Position numbers and translations under genes: made by a program. From a bacterium (lineage in GTDB: Bacteria; Patescibacteriota; Minisyncoccia; Phycocordibacterales; UBA12445): DNA of 61,321 nucleotides. The stretch is from assembly GCA_030648005.1 (NCBI GenBank), contig JAUSIP010000004.1:1-61321 (forward strand), read 5' to 3'. The notes beneath the pieces are model-generated. The model was not told the origin of the DNA. It did no database searches and saw only the letters and a list, made by a program, of their open reading frames with translations. Shown here piece by piece: positions 1 through 5,584 of the stretch. Every line of letters starts with the position of its first letter. Position 1 is the first letter of the stretch.

Positions 1-983
1 ATTTCATTGTCAGATAGATAATCGTGGAGACTAATTTTCGGCTGATGCTTTTCTAATTCACCAACTGTAATATTGCCAAAAAAATGACCCGAATAGAATG
101 TGCTTATGATGTCCTTATTACTTTGCAAGTATTTAGTTTTCAGTTCTTTATCTATATATCTATCCAATTCGTCAATCGTAATATCATTTACGTTCTTGTC
201 TGTTAAGAATTCTTCCAAATTTCCGGTACCAGCAGTGCGGTCAAGAATTATATATTTGTGATCTTTCGGCAACTGTTTTATGGCGCGACGCACAAGCTCA
301 GTCGCCTTGCGACAATATGGCGTCGGTGTATAGAAAGCGCCGAGTTCTTTTTTGAGTGTTATGGCATTTAATAGATCATTAATGTATTTAAAGTCTATGT
401 CATTCCCCTTCCATGGGTAAATATAATCTTTAAACTTTTTAGGTAAGCGTAGTTCTTCAAATAGCTTACTCTTACTGGCCTTTGGACTTAATGTATAATA
501 ATGATTTGCCCAGCCTACTACATTAAATACATCGATGTGAATTTTGGTATATTTTTGTATTTCTAGGATTTCTGTGAGACGTTGCAACCCCCTTATATTA
601 CTAAAATCAATACTGTCTGGTTTGATTTTAGTATCAAAGTCAGCGTTGTTCCTACTGGCAGCACCGGCATAAATTTTTTCTATATCACTAAGAAAATCAC
701 CGGAATTAAATAAATAAGCGTTTTCCTCATTAAGAGCTACCAGCAAGATTTGTGCCGGTATAGGCTCGCCCTTAATTCGCTTATGGCTAAGATATTTTAT
801 AGCTTGAAACAAGACTCTGTTGATGTCTGAAATCGTAAGTTTAAATTCAAATAATGTGCCCTTGTACACGCCATCAGTATTGTGGGTGAGTTCAACATCG
901 GCGGTGATTTTTAGATCATCAAAAAACTTTATCTGACCTTCACGTTCAGAGTGAAAACTTTTACTTGCTGATTTTTGATTCAT
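1..983 (-). CDS. Type IIG (MmeI/Eco57I-like) restriction-modification enzyme, N-terminal part; runs off the left edge
   Basis: Hand translation from ATG 983 stays open to position 1. It is absent from the ORF track because no stop is reached. The N-terminus carries a PD-(D/E)XK-type motif, TDGVYKGTLFEFK (D-x8-E-x-K). About 200 aa later come gamma-class N6-adenine MTase motifs GAFYTP (motif X) and ILDRTAGTGN (motif I), then GNITVGELE. Confidence 0.7.
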   Translation of the reverse strand, partial: MNQKSASKSFHSEREGQIKFFDDLKITADVELTHNTDGVYKGTLFEFKLTISDINRVLFQAIKYLSHKRIKGEPIPAQILLVALNEENAYLFNSGDFLSDIEKIYAGAASRNNADFDTKIKPDSIDFSNIRGLQRLTEILEIQKYTKIHIDVFNVVGWANHYYTLSPKASKSKLFEELRLPKKFKDYIYPWKGNDIDFKYINDLLNAITLKKELGAFYTPTPYCRKATELVRRAIKQLPKDHKYIILDRTAGTGNLEEFLTDKNVNDITIDELDRYIDKELKTKYLQSNKDIISTFYSGHFFGNITVGELEKHQPKISLHDYLSDNE

Positions 984-1254
984 AATTATTTTTTCCCAAC
1001 ATCCTAAGCTCCTCCTGGCGCATAGCTCGCATCCCCGGACCTAGCCACCTATCTGCTGTCTTGGGATCTTCGATCAGAGGCAAGAGCATAGATTGACATT
1101 CAAGCAAGTGGTCGATCTCTGCGCCTATATCGAAAATGCGATCTATTTCTGTTTGGCTAAGATAACTCTCATTAGAAAGTATCACCCTTCGCTCTTCTGT
1201 AAGAGCCTGCATAGCGCGATCTAGATCTAAAACCTCTTTTTTATTTATATTCAT
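961..1254 (-). CDS. hypothetical 97-aa protein, tightly packed upstream of the RM gene
   Basis: ATG at 1254 lies 7 nt after the stop of the 61-aa ORF; the track start GTG 1260 is 2 codons upstream. The last 23 nt overlap the RM gene start. No family recognised. Confidence 0.45.
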   Translation of the reverse strand: MNINKKEVLDLDRAMQALTEERRVILSNESYLSQTEIDRIFDIGAEIDHLLECQSMLLPLIEDPKTADRWLGPGMRAMRQEELRMLGKNNYESKISK

Positions 1255-1260
1255 ACACAC

Positions 1261-1446
1261 TTATCGAACAGTTTGAACACTCCGTATAACTTCCATTTGT
1301 TCCTTACTGGCCTTTTTGGCAACGTCCAAAAAGACCTTCTTTTTTTCACGCGAAGAAGCCTCCCGAAAGAATTTAGAAAACTCGCTTGAAGTGTCTTCTT
1401 TTTTCCTTCCAGTACCTGATATTATGGATAAAAAATACTTGAACAT
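1261..1446 (-). CDS. hypothetical 61-aa lysine-rich protein
   Basis: ATG lies 5 nt after the TAATAA double stop of the zeta-like gene and is co-directional with it. No family recognised; it may be non-coding. Confidence 0.35.
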   Translation of the reverse strand: MFKYFLSIISGTGRKKEDTSSEFSKFFREASSREKKKVFLDVAKKASKEQMEVIRSVQTVR

Positions 1447-1451
1447 ACTTA

Positions 1452-2033
1452 TTATAAAATTAGGTTCTCTAACTCGTCTTTAGTGTACTTCTCTGAAACA
1501 TACCTGTCAACCACATCGATATTTTCACGATAGTTGAAGTCACTACCATCGATATTTTTAACGACCAAATCTACCTTAATGCGATCTAAAAATTCGGTTT
1601 TTAAAATATTTACATTTTTCCTAGCTACAAAGTATTGGTCAATAAAGGCCTGTCTTGGCACATTCCTACCATCTTTCTTCTCTCGAGCCCTAACAAAATC
1701 CCACGCCTGCAATGGATCCTGATAAACATAAACGATCTGAACAAACCTTCCTCTATCCAGAGAACGACTAATGTTGTCTTTAGAAATATCCAACTTAGAT
1801 AAAGTCCCATCAAATATAAAACTTTGCTTGTTATTGAGTGCATAATCCTGAATCTTCTCAGCAAGAATGGAAGCTGCTCCCATAAAAAGATAAGAATTAG
1901 CACCATTATAACCGGGAATTTTATCTCGCAAATCATCAGGGTCAATTCTTAAAACCGAATGGCTATCTTTAGTAAACTTTTTTATAAGATTTCTTGAAGA
2001 CTCAGTCTTGCCCGCCCCAGGTGAACCAGCCAT
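1452..2033 (-). CDS. zeta-toxin/PezT-family P-loop kinase, apparently N-terminally truncated
   Basis: Walker A GSPGAGKT sits at residues 3-10. It is followed by LRIDPDDLRDKIPGYNG...SFIFDGTLS, the Zeta_toxin layout. The ORF begins directly at the P-loop, with no SD and a terminator immediately upstream. Confidence 0.6.
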   Translation of the reverse strand: MAGSPGAGKTESSRNLIKKFTKDSHSVLRIDPDDLRDKIPGYNGANSYLFMGAASILAEKIQDYALNNKQSFIFDGTLSKLDISKDNISRSLDRGRFVQIVYVYQDPLQAWDFVRAREKKDGRNVPRQAFIDQYFVARKNVNILKTEFLDRIKVDLVVKNIDGSDFNYRENIDVVDRYVSEKYTKDELENLIL

Positions 2034-2051
2034 AAAAACAGATAGCCTATT

Positions 2052-2074
2052 AAAAAAGCCCGGACATGCCGGAC
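2052..2074 (-). terminator. Rho-independent terminator of the exonuclease gene
   Basis: Minus-strand RNA GUCCGG-CAUGU-CCGGGC forms a 6-bp stem that includes a G-U pair valid only on this strand. It is followed by UUUUUU (plus-strand A-run 2052-2057). Confidence 0.6.
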
Positions 2075-2095
2075 TTGATGGGACTTAGACGCAGA

Positions 2096-2815
2096 TTATT
2101 TTAAATACTCCTTCAATGTATAGGATATATCGCTATTCTCCTCCCCTGTCTTGATCTTCTCCTTCAGAAGCCATTCGAGATATCCGCGGTCGGTGGTGGC
2201 GACTTCGCTGACGAGAGAGCCTTTGTACTTGCCGAACTTGAACCGCTTCACGAGTGTAGGCCGACTTGAGATCCTGACCATCTCCTCTATCGCGGACTCT
2301 TCATCCGGAATCTTCTTCATCATCAACTCTAAAAGCTTACCGAAGACGGCATACAGAACGATGACATCGCCCTTGGCATCATGAGCCGGGGCGTCGAGCA
2401 CAAGCCCGAAGTGATAGCGCAAGTACTGAAGCTTGTACTCCGGTATCTCCTCCTTATCGTCAAGATATCTTGCCACGCGCAAGGTGCAGATCTTCCTTGG
2501 TACTTGCAGACCCTCATTCCCAAGTATCGCAGCATCGAAGTCAGCATTGTGAGCCACCATGACATGATCGGCGAGCTTCTCCTTCAGATACTCATGTGAC
2601 GGACTTCTCTGAAAGGGCGGCTTGTACGCAACCATCTCGTTGGTGATATGGTGGACACTCATCGCACCGACAGGAATAGGGAAAGGTGGCTTGTAGTAAT
2701 TAGCCTTGATCTCCTCTCCAACCTTGTAATAACAAAGCTGACACAGGCGATCCTTCTTCACATCAATGCCGGTCGTCTCGGTGTCGAGAAAAATCAGTTT
2801 CATTTTATTGTTCAA
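2096..2815 (-). CDS. DEDDh 3'-5' exonuclease (DnaQ/ExoX-like) with a C-terminal FGKYKG...YLEWLL tail domain
   Basis: Exo I is LIFLDTETTG, Exo II is HNADFDAAIL and Exo III is HDAKGDV. The tail FKFGKYKGSLVSEVATTDRGYLEWLL resembles the ExoX/DUF3820-type domain. AGGAGG at 2829-2824 lies 8 nt before TTG 2815; the track start GTG 2824 overlaps that SD. Confidence 0.8.
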   Translation of the reverse strand: MNNKMKLIFLDTETTGIDVKKDRLCQLCYYKVGEEIKANYYKPPFPIPVGAMSVHHITNEMVAYKPPFQRSPSHEYLKEKLADHVMVAHNADFDAAILGNEGLQVPRKICTLRVARYLDDKEEIPEYKLQYLRYHFGLVLDAPAHDAKGDVIVLYAVFGKLLELMMKKIPDEESAIEEMVRISSRPTLVKRFKFGKYKGSLVSEVATTDRGYLEWLLKEKIKTGEENSDISYTLKEYLK

Positions 2816-2925
2816 AGTTAACACCTCCTGTTAAAACTTATCAGAAAAAGAGGAAATGTAAAGAATGAGATTGCTTTGTTCCTCGCAATGACGAGAAGAA
2901 ATTCCACAGACAGAGAGTGAAGTTA

Positions 2926-3128
2926 GTTTTTAAAAATTAATGGAGCAAGTGGGTTATCCTTAGAAGACCCTTTCGGAGCCGAACAAGCACGGTCTCTGGC
3001 TATAATATGCGGAGCAGCCAGAGTTGTGAGGCGAGAAGAGCAGAGGATTTCGGCTGGGAAATCCTAATGCGAGGTCTGAGAGGGATAACCCCGAGCGGAA
3101 TTTTTAAAAACCAACGGAACGGTTATCC
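2926..3128. ncRNA. candidate structured RNA (multi-helix, about 190 nt), class unknown
   Basis: Nested complementary segments: GTTTTTAAAAATT 2926-2938 with AATTTTTAAAAAC 3099-3111; GGGTTATCC 2951-2959 with GGATAACCC 3083-3091; AGACC 2965-2969 with GGTCT 3073-3077; CTCTGGCT 2994-3001 with AGCCAGAG 3016-3023; GGATTTC 3045-3051 with GAAATCC 3058-3064. A third arm, GGTTATCC 3121-3128, competes for 3083-3090. Strand not determined. Confidence 0.35.
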
Positions 3129-3133
3129 ACCAC

Positions 3134-3709
3134 TTAAGCGTTCTGACTGAATTTTTTGATGCCCAACCAGATCAAAGAAATTAAAGCTAGCCCAAGGATG
3201 ATGACGCGGAGGTAATCGTCCATATCAGACCAGTAGCGGATCGAGCCGATTATAAAGGAAAGTACTCCGCCCATAGATAATCCAAGTGAGACAGGCGTGT
3301 TCTCGCCCGCATAGTAACCGGCGAACATTGAGAGCATACCGAGTACAACTAAGGCCACGAATACGTTGCGGTTGTAAACTCTGGAGGTGTCTTCATAATT
3401 CTTACTGCAGGTAAATTGCACATTACAATATCCGCGATACACGGAAGTGTACTCTCCGGCCGGTGTGGTAAATGGGGCCGGTACCATCTTCTGCCCCTTA
3501 GGATAATACTCCGCGCTCTCGTTCCACTGACCGCCGACAGCAAGGCAAGAATCTTTCGAATCCGGCGGGACATTAACCTGTTCTACCTTACAAAAATTCT
3601 CATATACCGGCGCTTTATAGACCAGCTTGATGGCAAAGTTGAAAAAAAGGTTAAGTACAATGACGATAGCGAGCGCTAAAGTCCACTTAAATATATTGTT
3701 TGTTTTCAT
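3134..3709 (-). CDS. hypothetical membrane protein (N-terminal TM, Cys-containing extracytoplasmic segment, 3 C-terminal TMs)
   Basis: Hydrophobic segments WTLALAIVIVLNLFFNFAI, VFVALVVLGMLSMFAGYY, LGLSMGGVLSFIIGSI and VIILGLALISLIWLGI. ATG 3709 is preferred over GTG 3745 because TATAAT (3721-3716) ends 6 nt before it. Confidence 0.6.
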   Translation of the reverse strand: MKTNNIFKWTLALAIVIVLNLFFNFAIKLVYKAPVYENFCKVEQVNVPPDSKDSCLAVGGQWNESAEYYPKGQKMVPAPFTTPAGEYTSVYRGYCNVQFTCSKNYEDTSRVYNRNVFVALVVLGMLSMFAGYYAGENTPVSLGLSMGGVLSFIIGSIRYWSDMDDYLRVIILGLALISLIWLGIKKFSQNA

Positions 3710-3752
3710 GCTTATATTATAAACCCTTTTATGAGTTTTTACCACATCGCCT

Positions 3753-3888
3753 CACAGTTTAAACTGTGGAATATGTTAAATTTTCAATGTCTGGTTGAGG
3801 AAAACCCTTAAACTAAAGAGTCGACTCTGTTTTCCGACCCGAGGACTTGGAAATTTAATATGTTTCAAAGTTTAAAGTGGGCGAATAC
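3753..3888 (+). repeat. AT-clamped hairpin element, copy A (family with 49420-49550 and 51724-51808)
   Basis: About 130 nt aligns with the reverse complement of 49420-49550. Outer arms 3771-3791 and 3844-3861 pair. Core is GTCTGG 3789-3794, TT, GA, helix GGAAAAC 3799-3805 with GTTTTCC 3829-3835, GA, CCCGAGGAC 3838-3846. Confidence 0.7.
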
Positions 3889-3894
3889 AAACGC

Positions 3895-3923
3895 TTGACA
3901 AAAAAAGTGGCCTATGCTATACT
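3895..3923 (+). promoter_or_regulatory. sigma70-type promoter of the cold-shock gene
   Basis: TTGACA 3895-3900, 17-nt spacer, TATACT 3918-3923. This predicts a ~85-nt 5' UTR, which is typical of csp genes. Confidence 0.6.
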
Positions 3924-4014
3924 TGATGTACATAAAGAGTTGTGGTTCTAAAACAAGTCGAGTTCTTAGGTATCATAGAAATCTTGTGTACTTTAATAGA
4001 TATCAAACTAGCCA

Positions 4015-4215
4015 ATGACAGGAACAATAAAGAAATTGATCTCTGACAAGGGTTTTGGTTTCATCACTGCCGAGGGTCTTGCTAAGGATCTTTTCTTCCA
4101 CAGCAATTCTCTCAATGGTGTTCAGTTCACTGAACTTCATGAAGGTGATTCTGTATCTTTCGATACAGAGCAGACTCCAAAGGGCCCGGCCGCTGTAAAC
4201 GTACAGCGAGCGTAA
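4015..4215 (+). CDS. cold-shock domain protein (CspA family)
   Basis: RNP1 is KGFGFI and the RNP2-like motif is DLFFH. At 66 aa it is a full-length CSD, and a strong terminator follows. Confidence 0.9.
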   Translation: MTGTIKKLISDKGFGFITAEGLAKDLFFHSNSLNGVQFTELHEGDSVSFDTEQTPKGPAAVNVQRA

Positions 4216-4217
4216 GA

Positions 4218-4254
4218 CAAAAAAATCCCCTACCTCAGGTAGGGGATTTTTTTG
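4218..4254 (+). terminator. Rho-independent terminator after csp (symmetric A/T flanks, potentially bidirectional)
   Basis: ATCCCCTACC 4225-4234, loop TCA, GGTAGGGGAT 4238-4247 (10 bp), followed by a T-run. Confidence 0.85.
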
Positions 4255-4289
4255 TTAACCAACATCTCCTATCTTCCGCGTCTCGCTTC

Positions 4290-4375
4290 ACTCGACCTCG
4301 GGGCGGTCTTTAACGCTCGGCACAGAGGCCTCACTAGATCGCCCGCCGAACTCAAGCAGTTGAGTTCGGCCTCGT
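4290..4375. other. GC-rich structured noncoding segment (possible leader RNA or sRNA)
   Basis: GGGCGGTC 4301-4308 pairs with GATCGCCC 4337-4344. An 11-bp hairpin forms from GCCGAACTCAA 4345-4355 and TTGAGTTCGGC 4360-4370 with loop GCAG. GC is visibly much higher than in the flanks, and no credible ORF is present. Confidence 0.3.
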
Positions 4376-4434
4376 TCTCTCCTCGCTCTACATCGAAGTC
4401 TGAAAGTTTTAACAAGAGTCAAAAAAAATAAAAA

Positions 4435-4462
4435 CCGTCCGATGCAAATCGGGCGGTTTTTA
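4435..4462 (+). terminator. Rho-independent terminator/attenuator about 60 nt upstream of the MOSC gene
   Basis: CCGTCCGAT 4435-4443, GNRA loop GCAA, ATCGGGCGG 4448-4456 (9 bp, one G-U), then TTTTT. Confidence 0.7.
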
Positions 4463-4525
4463 TATTGCAAATCAGTGTTCTCTAATATAGGCTGTAATAG
4501 GAAAATACAGAGGAGGTGCGTTGGT

Positions 4526-4969
4526 TTGGCAAAACTACTTGGGATTGCATTCAAGAAGAAAAGCAAAGCTCCAATGGAAGTCATAACTAAAGCTGAAGTG
4601 AAAGAAGGCTATGGTATCATCGGCACCAAGCCGAGCAAGGAATCACGTCAGATAACTGTGTTGTCAAGTTACCAGTGGGAAAGAGCCTGCAGGGAAGCCG
4701 GTCAAAGATTGAACTGGACAACTCGACGAGCAAATCTGTACATGAGTGGATACTCATTCTGCAGCAGAGATGTCGGTAAACTTCTAAGGATTGGGAAAGA
4801 AGTTGTGCTCGAAGTAATAGGAGAAACCAAGCCTTGCTCCAGAATGGATGAGGCCTGCTCGGGACTTAAGAAGGCACTGACTCGCGACTGGCGTGGAGGC
4901 GTAACCTGCCGAGTCATCAAAGGTGGGACCATTGAAGTCGGGGATGAGGTCTGGATAGAGCGTCAATAG
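4526..4969 (+). CDS. MOSC-domain protein (YiiM-like)
   Basis: VKEGYGIIGTK...RQITVLS...RANLYMSG...ETKPCSRMD...GGVTCRVIKGGTIEVGDEV matches the MOSC beta-barrel pattern with the conserved Cys. AGGAGG 4511-4516 lies 9 nt before TTG 4526. The longer track ORF from 4442 starts inside the terminator. Confidence 0.7.
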   Translation: MAKLLGIAFKKKSKAPMEVITKAEVKEGYGIIGTKPSKESRQITVLSSYQWERACREAGQRLNWTTRRANLYMSGYSFCSRDVGKLLRIGKEVVLEVIGETKPCSRMDEACSGLKKALTRDWRGGVTCRVIKGGTIEVGDEVWIERQ

Positions 4970-4987
4970 GAGATCGAATCTTTTCTG

Positions 4988-5012
4988 GTCCTGCTTAAAG
5001 CAGGACTTTTTT
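4988..5012 (+). terminator. terminator of the MOSC gene, overlapping the 3' end of the convergent UDG gene
   Basis: GTCCTGC...GCAGGAC hairpin 4988-5006, followed by TTTTTT 5007-5012. Confidence 0.65.
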
Positions 5013-5576
5013 CTTCATGATCTTAAAATCCTTAATGAGAGTAGCTTTCTGGTTGCGGTTATAAATCGCCACAGCAGGATGATAAAGTGCGACGACTGAA
5101 ATCTTACCATAGGGCGCTTTCACTTCGAAGGCCTTGCCATGCGCTTGGCTGATAGGCTCGAGTTTGGACTCAAGTCCGAAGTGGTACATCAAATATTCCA
5201 TCGAGTGTCGGCCAAGTGCAGCTACTACCTTAGGTTTTATAATCTCAATCTGACGGTCAAGAAAGGGCGCGTAGAGCTCTTTCTCTTCTGGCGTCGGGTC
5301 GCGGTTTTCAGGAGGACGATCCTTCACAATATTCGTAATGTAGACATCTTCACGCTTAAGCTTGACCGAGGCCAAGAGTTCATCTAATAGTTTACCCGAA
5401 GCCCCACAAAAAGGTCGTCCGCTCTCGGCCTCCTTTCTTCCTGGCGCCTCACCGACGAACATGATCTTAGCAGTCAGACTCCCCTCACCTAACACTGGCA
5501 AATATTTGTTCTCTGTACGGTATTTATATAACGGCGACTTCTTAAATTTCAGAAGTTCAGCATAAATCTGATCCAT
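4995..5576 (-). CDS. uracil-DNA glycosylase, family 4 type
   Basis: Motif A is GEAPGRKE, followed by FCGASGKLL, and motif B is LYHPAVAIY. Length is ~190 aa. Confidence 0.8.
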   Translation of the reverse strand: MDQIYAELLKFKKSPLYKYRTENKYLPVLGEGSLTAKIMFVGEAPGRKEAESGRPFCGASGKLLDELLASVKLKREDVYITNIVKDRPPENRDPTPEEKELYAPFLDRQIEIIKPKVVAALGRHSMEYLMYHFGLESKLEPISQAHGKAFEVKAPYGKISVVALYHPAVAIYNRNQKATLIKDFKIMKKKVLL

Positions 5577-5584
5577 GCTGAATA

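Noticed and set aside
3073-3084. Hammerhead-like CUGANGA box (GGTCTGAGAGGG) in the 2926-3128 element
   Set aside because: The sequence is CUGAGAG, so the invariant G8-A9 positions do not fit. No matching GAAA box and cleavage-site arrangement was found.
4262-4440. Possible SRP RNA, tmRNA, RNase P RNA or tRNA in the GC-rich segment
   Set aside because: None of the expected signatures is present: no GGAA/GNRA-capped helix 8 with an AGCA symmetric loop, no tRNA-like T-arm or CCA end, no GGAAAGTCC-type P4 sequence, and no cloverleaf. It is kept only as an unassigned structured region.
4288-4584. 98-aa minus-strand ORF across the GC-rich leader and the MOSC start
   Set aside because: Arg- and low-complexity-rich translation with no SD. 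It overlaps a terminator and the MOSC SD and start, and the region is better explained as structured RNA.
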